Positions 28,959-38,396 of a stretch of 64,000 nt of DNA are shown here, one piece after another (position 1 is the first letter of the stretch; each line of letters opens with the position of its first letter). The notes beneath the pieces were generated by a model. It had not been told where the DNA came from. It saw only the letters and a list, made by a program, of their open reading frames with translations, and searched no databases. Location: assembly GCA_964408485.1 (NCBI GenBank), contig CAYOZJ010000002.1:5235-69234 (forward strand), in the 5' to 3' direction. The DNA comes from an uncultured Gammaproteobacteria bacterium (GTDB lineage Bacteria; Patescibacteriota; Microgenomatia; Levybacterales; UBA12049). A program made the translations under genes and the position numbers.

Positions 28959-30130
28959 TGTTTTCTCCACCAGCCTAAAATATTTGCCCCACGCCCTAGA
29001 TTGTCATTTAAGTTAGTCCATCGAAACCACGTAACGCCATGGCGATAATTTGCTTCAACCACACGAATAGTAAACTCATTACCCTGAACAGTTACAACAG
29101 TGGCAATATGTCCTGGGTCTGATCGCCCAGTGCTTCCATAGATAATTATATCCCCTGGAGCAATCGCTCCCCCAGCTTGATTTATTTTACTTGTTGTACA
29201 ACCACCAACGCGATATGGATTACAGATAAAGCTATATCCGGCTTGTCTATGGCCAGAGTTCATGGAGTACCATTGAAAAACACTTCCCACATTCCCTGGG
29301 AATACTGGCCAACCCAGTAAGTGTTGCGCAGACCAAATAAATTGTCCGCACTGAAAATTCGGGTATGTGGCATTAAGGTTGTTTTTAAATGATTGTGGAA
29401 TATTTAGATTTCTGACACAAGATGGATATGGTGCATGTGCGCCACCACCTTCACAAGTAAGAATTTGATTAACTGCATTAACCAATCCACCAAGAGAGCC
29501 AGATGGGACAGGGATTCCTCCAGATCCTCCGGCGTCTTGTGGCGGATTTCCAATAGCAATATCAAGAGACTGTATGGTTTTGTATGTAATTTGTTTAATT
29601 GGGGTGGGGAAAACTTGTTTGCCTTGCGTTGGTGACGGTAAGAGGGCACAAAAACTCAATGGGAAATCTTGTCCGGCTTGGTCTGGATTAGCAAAAGATG
29701 GTGTTTGCACAATAATATTAAGCCTGCACGCTTCTTCGGGAGAAATATGAAGTAGGGTAAGGATGTTTTGTTCGGCAATTCCTCTCGTCGTATCGAACGG
29801 TCCAGTAATAGTAACAAGAAATTGATTTGAGCCGGGTAAATAAACAATTCGATACTCATCCTTATCTGCTAATGCACGGTCTCCTTCGGGATCAAAGGGA
29901 GTTGTGGATTGATAAAAATTATCTGTTGTGACCCCATCAATTGTTATCGTATTTCCTGTGGGAATAGGGGCCGTAGTAGGATGAGTAACAGGAAAAAGTG
30001 GCTCAACAGGTGTGGGGGTAACAGTGTTGCTTGGCGTTGGTACCGATTTTTTGGGAAGATATAAAAAACCAACAACAAGCAGAATAGCAATAAAAAGAAG
30101 CCCACCAATAAGTAATCGAATCTTTGTCAT
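28955..30130 (-). CDS. Membrane-anchored CHAP-domain peptidoglycan hydrolase
   Basis: QC..F, PGDIIIY, GHIA.V, VEAN (Cys/His/Glu CHAP pattern); N-terminal TM and PT repeats. Confidence 0.8.
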   Translation of the reverse strand: MTKIRLLIGGLLFIAILLVVGFLYLPKKSVPTPSNTVTPTPVEPLFPVTHPTTAPIPTGNTITIDGVTTDNFYQSTTPFDPEGDRALADKDEYRIVYLPGSNQFLVTITGPFDTTRGIAEQNILTLLHISPEEACRLNIIVQTPSFANPDQAGQDFPLSFCALLPSPTQGKQVFPTPIKQITYKTIQSLDIAIGNPPQDAGGSGGIPVPSGSLGGLVNAVNQILTCEGGGAHAPYPSCVRNLNIPQSFKNNLNATYPNFQCGQFIWSAQHLLGWPVFPGNVGSVFQWYSMNSGHRQAGYSFICNPYRVGGCTTSKINQAGGAIAPGDIIIYGSTGRSDPGHIATVVTVQGNEFTIRVVEANYRHGVTWFRWTNLNDNLGRGANILGWWRKQ

Positions 30131-30145
30131 ATGCATATTATATAG

Positions 30146-32284
30146 TTAGAAACACTTTCCTTTCTCAGCATGCCAGGGACCGTCCCAATTATTGCCTGCC
30201 GAGCGATAGAGACTTACTGCTGCTTTTACGTTGTTGGTTGGATTTTTCATAAAATTTGCGCAGCTATTTTCAAGGGATTGGTTTGCAATTTTGCATATAC
30301 CAGAACTATAACTAATGTTTTGGGCACACGACCTGGATACTAGGTCTCCATGTGCTAAAAGATTTATTTGAAATAAACCCACACTATAGTCTTTTGTCCC
30401 GCCTCGCAGACATGCACTATTAATAATTCCCGGATCTCCGCCGCTTTCGTGTTTGCAGATGCAACTTGCTACTGTTCCTTCTTTCTGTCCGCCAAAAAAT
30501 GGAGCAAGCGCTGTTGGACTACAGGAGCCTGATGCAAGCACAGGTTGACCTACTCGTACCGCACCAGTCGTATTAGCAGTTGTGGATTGATTTAGCCCAG
30601 GCGGTCCGCTCCCAAGTGCGTAGGCTGCAGTGATTTGGTTGTGAAGAATAATATCTTTTTCAGTGGGCGTTAGTGTTACATTAAATTCCCAGTGCTTATT
30701 AGATGCCGTTGAGTTAGGTAGGGGGGTATTTGCATCAAGATTCCAAGTAATGGAGTTGCCAGTCAACACGTGTTGTCCTGTAATACTATTTGCAACAATA
30801 GTGGCAGTCGTGGGAATTTGATCCGTTATAACCAACGAGTACTGGCCTGTGTAGTTAATATCAATGAGATATTTAATATTTTGTCCATTTAAATACGTTG
30901 TTTTGCCAGACGGGTCAGTAGTAAGGGTGAGAGTGAGCCCGGGAATTGGCGCAGTTCCTCCAGAGGGAGGGGGCGTATTAGAGAGAAGGATAATAATAAA
31001 TGCAGCAGCAAGTATAAGACCTAAGATTATTACAACTGCAACGAGAATAATGATAATGCCCAAAAGTACCTCTGGATCAATACCAAGCAGTAGAGCTAAT
31101 CCCTCAAAGCCACCTTGTCTTGCTGCAGCTCCTGCCACTAGCTCCTCTCCTTTTCTTGTTGTGTTTGCCAACTTTCTTCCTTCTCTTCCAGCATTTCTCA
31201 CTGCGTTGCCTGCTTGATTGACGAGTTGTCCTGTGCGACCATTTTGTTTTTGTTGTGTCGAACCCTGAAAGCTTCTTTGGGGAATTGCTTCCGGCTGCTG
31301 TTGAGAATAGTTTGCATGCTCAATTGCCGTATGAACGGTGTCTTCATACCCTTCATCAATTGTTGTGTTGTACGAAAAACCATACCTACCAAATTGTCTT
31401 ACTGCATCGTCGAGTGCAACTGATTGCCATTGATTGTCAAACGCCGTTCCAAGTCGTTGTAGTGCTAAGGAACGCATTGCGTCTGTCTGATCTGCATTTT
31501 GCGGTTGACCCCGAAGTGCTGCTTTTATGCTCTCGGCATTATATTGTTCTGTTTTTCGTTGGTTAAGAAGTTCTTGTGATTGATTACGTAATGCTTCGTC
31601 TGAAAGTGCCATGTTTTGGGTTTGCAGAAGCGGTGCAAGACGCGCATTGCCCTGTTTGCTTAGCTCGTCCAATTGTTGGGTAAGATCTTTTTTGTCTGCA
31701 TACAAGGATTGCGCTTGTGCCTGAAGTATTTTGTATTGATTTCCTAAAATTCCCGCAGCACTTAAATGAGTTCGGTAGAAATTTTCAATTGCGTCAGGAA
31801 GATCCTTCTCCGAGGTTGTGTCGAGAAGATGCTTAAAAGCATTAATCGTAGCAATTTTTTGCGTTTGCTTCAGTTTTTCGCTAGCTATATCTTTTGGATC
31901 CGGTCTACTGCTTCCGCCACCGTGATTTTCGGACTTTTTGGGAAGAATGCTCGCAAGCGTAGATGTTTGAGGTGGAGGAGTTTCTTGATTTGATACGGGT
32001 CCTGAAGTAGTAGGTGCGCTAAGGGGCTTACCCCATGCTAAAGCTTCTTCGAAAGTATTCTTTTCATCTCTTTCTAAGGAAAAAGGGTGCTCTTTGCCGT
32101 ATTCTTCAGCATACGCATGAATAAGCTCTCGGGCTAAGCGAGGAAAATTTTCATTATCATTAAGTCTTGCTGCTTGGCGTAATTCCTGAAGTCGGTCAAA
32201 AAGCTCTCGATTTCCCGCCCGTGCAGTTCGATCGAGAAATGCATAAAAACCATCCCACGTATTTGGAGCGTGATCATTGTCCAT
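30146..32284 (-). CDS. Membrane protein with DUF11-like Ig domain and C-terminal lytic transglycosylase (VirB1-like)
   Basis: HESGG.P, SVGLFQIN, NP..N..AA..LY…W..PW; central TM; I.Y.I…V.TD.IP. Confidence 0.75.
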   Translation of the reverse strand: MDNDHAPNTWDGFYAFLDRTARAGNRELFDRLQELRQAARLNDNENFPRLARELIHAYAEEYGKEHPFSLERDEKNTFEEALAWGKPLSAPTTSGPVSNQETPPPQTSTLASILPKKSENHGGGSSRPDPKDIASEKLKQTQKIATINAFKHLLDTTSEKDLPDAIENFYRTHLSAAGILGNQYKILQAQAQSLYADKKDLTQQLDELSKQGNARLAPLLQTQNMALSDEALRNQSQELLNQRKTEQYNAESIKAALRGQPQNADQTDAMRSLALQRLGTAFDNQWQSVALDDAVRQFGRYGFSYNTTIDEGYEDTVHTAIEHANYSQQQPEAIPQRSFQGSTQQKQNGRTGQLVNQAGNAVRNAGREGRKLANTTRKGEELVAGAAARQGGFEGLALLLGIDPEVLLGIIIILVAVVIILGLILAAAFIIILLSNTPPPSGGTAPIPGLTLTLTTDPSGKTTYLNGQNIKYLIDINYTGQYSLVITDQIPTTATIVANSITGQHVLTGNSITWNLDANTPLPNSTASNKHWEFNVTLTPTEKDIILHNQITAAYALGSGPPGLNQSTTANTTGAVRVGQPVLASGSCSPTALAPFFGGQKEGTVASCICKHESGGDPGIINSACLRGGTKDYSVGLFQINLLAHGDLVSRSCAQNISYSSGICKIANQSLENSCANFMKNPTNNVKAAVSLYRSAGNNWDGPWHAEKGKCF

Positions 32285-32287
32285 AGG

Positions 32288-34078
32288 CTATTTTGCGCTC
32301 TGTCCGGTCTCTGTTGGTGACAAGCTGGCATGCTGGTTTTGCATTTTTTGAAGTTCTTCTGGATCTGAGGTAATAATATTATGCTCAAAAGGTGCAGCAA
32401 CAATTTGAATGGCAACGTGATTCTGTCCTGCAAAGAAGAGTCCTTGGCCAACACCGGATGAGAGAAGCATTTGTCTTTCGCCATCAGATAGATAGAATGT
32501 TTTCGCGACCGTGTCAATTTCTGAGGTACTCTGCTTTAAAAGAATCTGTATAGAGCTGTTAGAAAGAATTGCGCGACCATAATCACTTGAAAGGAAATCT
32601 TGTACGTCTTGAGTCGCTGTAGTGAGTCCTAGATAGTATTTACGAGCCCTTTTGGCAATGCTGTACATAAAGGATGCAGAATCTTCATGTTTCATTAAGT
32701 ACCATGCCTCATCAACAATAAGTAAGCGTTTTTTTAAAGATTTTCTGACACGAGTCCACACAAAGTCTAAGAGAATATGCATTGCAATGGGTCTAAGTTC
32801 GTCTTCCAAGTCCCGAAGAGAAAAAATCGTGAGAGGATTTGTGATATTGAAATTCGATTGTTGGTTAAAAATGCCAGAAAGACTGCCGGTGACAAATTTT
32901 TCCAAACGGAGGGCAATGTTTTGTGCTATTGGATCCTGTGTTTTTACTAATCTCTGATACAAATCCTGCAAAATAGGAGGCGTTTTTGTCTGGCTTGCCG
33001 GATCTGCAGTAATTCCCTTATCTGCATATGTTTCAACAAGTGCTCTGTCCAAAATTGCATCTTCAGCAGGATTAACTGCACCAAGCATGATTTTTAAAAG
33101 TGCTCGGATAGAAAGGATCTTAAGTCCTAATTCGTTTTCTCCTTCTTCATAGACTCCTGATAAGTCAAATGGATTAATTCTCACAGGACTTGTTGCTGAG
33201 AAATTCAAATATTCTCCCCCTAAGCTCTCTGCGAGCTTGCCGTATTCACTTTCAGGATCAACAACAATAACTTCTGTCCCAAACATAAATTGGCGCATGA
33301 TTTCAAGCTTAATGCTAAAGGATTTACCTGATCCTGATTTTCCAAAAACAACTTCGTTAGCATTCTCTAAAGAGTATCTGTCAAAAATAATAAGTGAGCC
33401 ATTTTGTTGATTTACGCCGTACAAAATGCCTTTGTCTTGCGTTAAGGTAGCAGAGGTAAAAGGAAATGTCGATGCGAGACTAGATGTGTCCATGTTGCGT
33501 GTAATCGACAATTTGTCTTGTCCAATCGGTAGCGTTGTTTTAAATCCCTCCTCCATCTGAAGCGTTGCTGGTTTTGCTGTTACTAAAAGAGAGGAGAGCG
33601 TGCTGGTCAATTTTTTAGTTGCTTGTTCTAGTTCTGCGCTGTCTGTTGATGAGAGGGCAATGTAAAGACTAAATTGAAAAAACCGTTCTATTCCTTTTGC
33701 CAATTCTGCCTGGAGTCCAAGGGCGTCAGAAAGTGCTGCTGCAACTTTGGGATTTTCTGGTTTCCCTTTTTCTTCATCGCTTGACATTGTTGCTTCCATC
33801 TCGGCGATTTTGCGCTTTAAATTAGACAACACATCATCAGTAAAAATTGGATAGACAAACATACTAATTGCTAGAGAGTGATCAAAATCAATAACAGGGG
33901 ATAGCCACCCGACTGATACATATCGAGGGTAGCCAGAAACAAAAAATGTTCTGTAGAAATGATTACCGACACGAATCGTCTTAAAGTCTACCTCAACTTT
34001 TGTTGGGGCAATAGCATCTGCTGCATTGCCGGCTCCCTCAATAGATACTTCTTTAGATTTTTTAGTAAAAAGCGCCAT
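32288..34078 (-). CDS. virB4: VirB4-like T4SS ATPase
   Basis: Walker A GKSGSGKS, DPE.EY, INPFD, Walker B IVDEAW, KRARKY, TQ. Confidence 0.92.
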   Translation of the reverse strand: MALFTKKSKEVSIEGAGNAADAIAPTKVEVDFKTIRVGNHFYRTFFVSGYPRYVSVGWLSPVIDFDHSLAISMFVYPIFTDDVLSNLKRKIAEMEATMSSDEEKGKPENPKVAAALSDALGLQAELAKGIERFFQFSLYIALSSTDSAELEQATKKLTSTLSSLLVTAKPATLQMEEGFKTTLPIGQDKLSITRNMDTSSLASTFPFTSATLTQDKGILYGVNQQNGSLIIFDRYSLENANEVVFGKSGSGKSFSIKLEIMRQFMFGTEVIVVDPESEYGKLAESLGGEYLNFSATSPVRINPFDLSGVYEEGENELGLKILSIRALLKIMLGAVNPAEDAILDRALVETYADKGITADPASQTKTPPILQDLYQRLVKTQDPIAQNIALRLEKFVTGSLSGIFNQQSNFNITNPLTIFSLRDLEDELRPIAMHILLDFVWTRVRKSLKKRLLIVDEAWYLMKHEDSASFMYSIAKRARKYYLGLTTATQDVQDFLSSDYGRAILSNSSIQILLKQSTSEIDTVAKTFYLSDGERQMLLSSGVGQGLFFAGQNHVAIQIVAAPFEHNIITSDPEELQKMQNQHASLSPTETGQSAK

Positions 34079-34080
34079 AA

Positions 34081-34671
34081 TTATTCGCTATATACATCAT
34101 GAAAAAGTTTTACCAATTCTGCTCCTGTAATAATCCGTGCACGAAGATTCATTCGGTCGATTTGAGAGAGAAGGCTTTCTGCTTTTGTCTTGAGTCCTGC
34201 ATGCGCCCTGATGAAGAAGTCATCAAGATTATCACTTCCCATTTTTGCAACTCCACCAATACCTTCTTCTAGAAGGGAGTAAGAAATAACAAAAAAGAAT
34301 TGTTTATCTAGGACTGTTGTTGATGTAACTAAGTCTTTAACAAACGATTGATATTGAAGAATGTCTTGGGAAAGCTTAGGGTTATTGGCTTTTTGGGAAG
34401 CAATGCCTAAGGAGTCGATATATGGGAGAATATTGACTTGTTTGCTACGCATGACAATTTGTACAGGGAAAGAAAGAGAATTAAGAAGTCCTGCGTAACC
34501 ATATACTTTCGCGTCCTGTTCCTCGCTTGATAAAAGGGCAAAATTTACTGCCTGGAGCTCGATAAGTAGGCAGGCATTGCCTCCTTTCATCAAAACAGTA
34601 TCCTCTCGAATGTCCAGGACTTCGGTAAAGGATTGCGTTGATTTTGCGTGATGTTGGGCAGCTTGTTTCAT
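34081..34671 (-). CDS. T4SS accessory protein resembling a VirB4 N-terminal-like domain
   Basis: STQ.F.E..DI..D…NF.LLS.EEQ…Y..LLNSL.FP.QI; lies between PrgI and VirB4. Confidence 0.7.
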   Translation of the reverse strand: MKQAAQHHAKSTQSFTEVLDIREDTVLMKGGNACLLIELQAVNFALLSSEEQDAKVYGYAGLLNSLSFPVQIVMRSKQVNILPYIDSLGIASQKANNPKLSQDILQYQSFVKDLVTSTTVLDKQFFFVISYSLLEEGIGGVAKMGSDNLDDFFIRAHAGLKTKAESLLSQIDRMNLRARIITGAELVKLFHDVYSE

Positions 34672-34672
34672 A

Positions 34673-35803
34673 TTATCCAAAGAGCTCTTTGCGCAAATCT
34701 TCCCGTGCGTCAATTGAGATAACCTCAAGTGGTTGGAGAATGTCTCCAATTGCTTGGAGTTCTATTGTGTCAAAGCGCTGTTTGCTGTTAGGGTCTTCGA
34801 AGGTAAGCGTGTATGTGCCGTTGATAACAGGCGTTGCGGAAGCAAATTGTCCTAATGGATTTGTTTTAAAAGCTCGTACTGGATTTTCATCTTTATCTTT
34901 TACTTCAATTAAAATATTTGGTAGCACATTACCTCTAGGGTCTTTAACAACGCCGCAAATAAGATTGGGAGTATCGCTGACAAAAGGAGCACCTACTATT
35001 TTTGATTGCCCTGGTGCTACTTGCCTTACGTTTTCAGTAATCTTTGGCGTAGGAGCGCTAGACGGCGTAAATACCTGTTGGGGCTTTTGCGATAGCTGCT
35101 TTTGGAGCTCAAGTAGTTTTGTCTCAAGTTCTTGTTTTTGGGCACGAATTGATTGAAGCTGAGATTCTAAGTCGCCCACTTTTTCATGGGCCTCTTCGGC
35201 TTCTTTTTGGTCATGCGCCGCTCCTTCTTGTTGTTTTGCTGCAGCAATTTCTTTTGCCAAATCCACCGCCTCTTTACTTAGCTCTTGCTGATTTGTTTCT
35301 TCGTTTGTTGTGTTGCTTTGCGCGGAAACTGGGGCAATGGGCGTGCTTGCAAGTTGTATGGTAGGTATCTCTTGAGGTTTTTGCTCTTCAAAAAGCTTCT
35401 GGAAGGAAGTGCTGTCAACAGGCGTTACTAGTTGCACTTTTTCTTCCTTTTCTTCTCTCTTTTCCTCTTTTTTTTCCGGTTGATTGTCTACTGTTGTGGT
35501 TGGGGTAGGTGCATCATCAGATGATTTATACGTATATTGTGTTGGCGAGAAAACAGCCTTAAAGAAGTAAAAGATCATGCTGTCTGCTGGTCGTCCAGCA
35601 AGTGGGATAAAAGCCAAAATAACCCCAGAACCTGCAAAAAAAACAATAAGCGGCAGTTTTATGAGAATAAAAACAGGAAGAGACAGACTTATCCATGCCA
35701 ATACAACACCTGCGGCAAGGTAAGCAAATTGCTTAATGGTCATATCGCCAATTAAGCGAAATTGAAATCCTGTAACATCTTGTGGAATAGGATGATTATC
35801 CAT
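34673..35803 (-). CDS. PrgI (VirB3-like) protein with coiled coil and C-terminal beta-sandwich
   Basis: HPIPQDVT.FQFRLIG.MT.KQF, GRP; C-terminal G.VKD..G..L…K.N.LGQF. Confidence 0.85.
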   Translation of the reverse strand: MDNHPIPQDVTGFQFRLIGDMTIKQFAYLAAGVVLAWISLSLPVFILIKLPLIVFFAGSGVILAFIPLAGRPADSMIFYFFKAVFSPTQYTYKSSDDAPTPTTTVDNQPEKKEEKREEKEEKVQLVTPVDSTSFQKLFEEQKPQEIPTIQLASTPIAPVSAQSNTTNEETNQQELSKEAVDLAKEIAAAKQQEGAAHDQKEAEEAHEKVGDLESQLQSIRAQKQELETKLLELQKQLSQKPQQVFTPSSAPTPKITENVRQVAPGQSKIVGAPFVSDTPNLICGVVKDPRGNVLPNILIEVKDKDENPVRAFKTNPLGQFASATPVINGTYTLTFEDPNSKQRFDTIELQAIGDILQPLEVISIDAREDLRKELFG

Positions 35804-35912
35804 ATAAAAAAGTGTATGACGTGAAAAATCCCATTGCAACCCTTTCAAAATAGATCACCCTCGTGGCTACAGGACGCGTGAAAAAAAATAAAAAAAATGC
35901 AATACTAAAGTC

Positions 35913-36569
35913 ATGCCACTTTCTCTTTTTGTTGGGATCCTTATTATTCTTTTTTTACTCTCCCGCCGGGTTACCCGCTTGCTCTCGCATTTATTTGTTC
36001 GTCTTTTCCGCAGTCAGCACGCAGCGATCTATGCATTGTCTTTTATTTTTCTTCCTGGGGTTGTTTTGCATGAACTGTCACATTTGCTTTTGGCAAATAT
36101 TCTTTTTGTTCCAACAGGAGAGGTCGAATTTTTTCCAGAGATTCAAGGGGATCAAGTAAAAATGGGAAGTGTTGCTATTGCTCGCACAGACCCTTTACGA
36201 AGATTTCTTGTTGGTGTTGCACCGGTTATTGGAGGATTGGGTATTATTCTTTTAGCATCAACATATCTTTTTACCACACTTCTTTCTTGGCAAAGTTTAG
36301 TACTTTTTTACATAATTTTTGAAATAGCAAATACAATGTTTTCCAGCAGTAAAGACATGGAGGGAGCAGTAGGACTTCTTATTGGTCTTGCAGCGCTGAG
36401 TATTTTGCTACAATTTCTTGGTCTGCCATTATGGCAAGTGGTGATTCAGTTTCTGGGGAATGAATTCGTAAACAGCATTCTTATTAGAATGAATTTATTT
36501 TTGCTTTTAGCGCTGGGGCTTGACGTCTTTCTCGTGCTTCTTTTTGAAGGAATTGCCAGACTAAAGTAA
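35913..36569 (+). CDS. M50-like membrane zinc metalloprotease
   Basis: PG..LHELSH (HExxH), G.AP, S..D; several TM helices. Confidence 0.75.
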   Translation: MPLSLFVGILIILFLLSRRVTRLLSHLFVRLFRSQHAAIYALSFIFLPGVVLHELSHLLLANILFVPTGEVEFFPEIQGDQVKMGSVAIARTDPLRRFLVGVAPVIGGLGIILLASTYLFTTLLSWQSLVLFYIIFEIANTMFSSSKDMEGAVGLLIGLAALSILLQFLGLPLWQVVIQFLGNEFVNSILIRMNLFLLLALGLDVFLVLLFEGIARLK

Positions 36570-36890
36570 CTACTGACATGTTCCAAATCCAAACGAAAGA
36601 ATGCACGTGACTCCTGTAATGCCCGCAACAAGACCGATAATAAAAAATGAAAGAAGGACAATGATGAGACCGATAATGGCATAGGTGACAATATTTTTTG
36701 CTTCTTCAACGCCCTTGCCTCCACCGGAGGTTATATATTTAATGCTTGCAAAAAGAAGCATAAAAAGAGAAGCAAGCCCCACAAGATAAATAGCCGCACC
36801 TACTCCAATTCGGTATAGCGGAATAATGCAGGAAAGTGTTGGAATACCATTTACTACGCAGTCTTGACCATTAACAATCCATGAACTCAT
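36570..36890 (-). CDS. VirB2/TrbC-like pilin
   Basis: Two hydrophobic helices around IKYITSGG…AK…YAIIGL. Confidence 0.8.
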   Translation of the reverse strand: MSSWIVNGQDCVVNGIPTLSCIIPLYRIGVGAAIYLVGLASLFMLLFASIKYITSGGGKGVEEAKNIVTYAIIGLIIVLLSFFIIGLVAGITGVTCILSFGFGTCQ

Positions 36891-36931
36891 ATATGTAGCC
36901 TATCAGAGAGAAAATAAGAAAACAAGAGAAG

Positions 36932-37327
36932 TTACCTTGTTAATGTAGGGAGCGTAAGATTAAATAGACTTACACCAACAAACAAGTTAAGAACAAAGTT
37001 GACGATGAGATAAGAAAGAAAAATAATAACAAGGCCAACAACAGCTGCCACTATTGTTTCGCGTGCTTTGTTAACGCCTTCTTTTTCTCCTTGAGACGTA
37101 AGCCACTTGACGCCGCCAAGAATCAAGAAAACTAATGCCAGCATGGCGGCAACAACAAAAACAAAATTAATTGCATTACCGATTACTTTATTTAAATCAG
37201 AGGCTCCAAGACAAAGAGCGCTAAAGTTACCAGGGGGACATGCATTAATGTTAACATCTGCAAATGCAATAGGAGCAAGAAATGCAGAAAGACTGAGCGT
37301 GCCGATTGAGGCAAATAATTTCTTCAT
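36932..37327 (-). CDS. VirB2/TrbC-like pilin with signal peptide
   Basis: Signal ending AFA; GGVKWLTSQGEK…ARETI.AA.VGL. Confidence 0.82.
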   Translation of the reverse strand: MKKLFASIGTLSLSAFLAPIAFADVNINACPPGNFSALCLGASDLNKVIGNAINFVFVVAAMLALVFLILGGVKWLTSQGEKEGVNKARETIVAAVVGLVIIFLSYLIVNFVLNLFVGVSLFNLTLPTLTR

Positions 37328-37367
37328 TGACTCTATCGTAGAAACAATTCTTTATCTTGTCAAGTCG

Positions 37368-37706
37368 CTAGTTGCCAAGAAGATGTACGCCAAACGTGAA
37401 ACCAATGAAGTTAATAATAAAAAATGACAAAAGAGCGAGAATAAGGCCGACAATCGCATATTGGATTGTTTTTTGTGCACCCTCCAACTGCTTTTTGTCT
37501 CCTTGAGACGTAATCCATTTTATTCCCCCAAACATAATAAAGAAAAATGAAAGTAAGATTACTGCAACAAATATGCTAATAATGACAAAAGAAACAATGC
37601 TTTGGATCGAGTTATTGTTCATGAGATTGCGTATTTGATTGGGAACGAGCACAGGATAGGTTGCTGGTTCATCTGGGTTGCCAATAACAAGAGCAAGATA
37701 CCTCAT
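37368..37706 (-). CDS. VirB2/TrbC-like pilin
   Basis: GGIKWITSQGDK…AQKTI.YAIVGL. Confidence 0.8.
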   Translation of the reverse strand: MRYLALVIGNPDEPATYPVLVPNQIRNLMNNNSIQSIVSFVIISIFVAVILLSFFFIMFGGIKWITSQGDKKQLEGAQKTIQYAIVGLILALLSFFIINFIGFTFGVHLLGN

Positions 37707-37707
37707 A

Positions 37708-38355
37708 TTATTTCCTAAAACCTGGAATTTGGAGAATATCAACGCCAATAAATTGCAAGATAACCACAGAGAAGATGATAAATATTAACCCAACAATTGC
37801 AGCAGTTAGTCTTTCCCTTGCTTCTTTTACTTTTTCAGGATTACCCTGTGACGTAATCATTTGGTATCCTGCAGCAATAACAAGAAGAATCGCAACCCCC
37901 CCGGAAAGTCCAAGAAGAATACCAAAGGTGCTTTTTACGAATCCCGCAACGGTTGTTTGAATGGGTCCAAAAGCAGTATCAACGCTTGCACATGTTCCAT
38001 TGGCATAGGTTTTGCATGGCGGAGCTAAGTATGGTGATGGTGAAGGGGGAATGGGTTTATTTTTATCTTTTGGCTCACAGCAATAGCCCGAACCCAAGAA
38101 GCCGCATTTTGGAACACATGGGCCAGTATCCCACAGGAATAAGCCACACCTACTACTTGTTCCATATTTGTATGAAGCATTAGGGGCTCCGTTAATAGTG
38201 CAGTTGTCACCCGGTTTTGGATTAGAAGCATTGGCATCTTGCGGCTGAGCGTTGCAATAGTTTGGATAATTACAGTCAGCCTGTACGTTTCCTAATGTGG
38301 CAAGGGTTAGGCAGAAGAAAACAAAGATAAAGACTCCTATTTTGAAGAATTTCAT
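37708..38355 (-). CDS. VirB2/TrbC-like pilin with Cys-rich N-terminal domain
   Basis: Signal peptide, Cys-rich region, GYQMITSQGNPEKV..A…TAAI.GL. Confidence 0.8.
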   Translation of the reverse strand: MKFFKIGVFIFVFFCLTLATLGNVQADCNYPNYCNAQPQDANASNPKPGDNCTINGAPNASYKYGTSSRCGLFLWDTGPCVPKCGFLGSGYCCEPKDKNKPIPPSPSPYLAPPCKTYANGTCASVDTAFGPIQTTVAGFVKSTFGILLGLSGGVAILLVIAAGYQMITSQGNPEKVKEARERLTAAIVGLIFIIFSVVILQFIGVDILQIPGFRK

Positions 38356-38396
38356 ATATCTATCGTCCCACATGCTATCTTTGATTGTCAAGAAAA

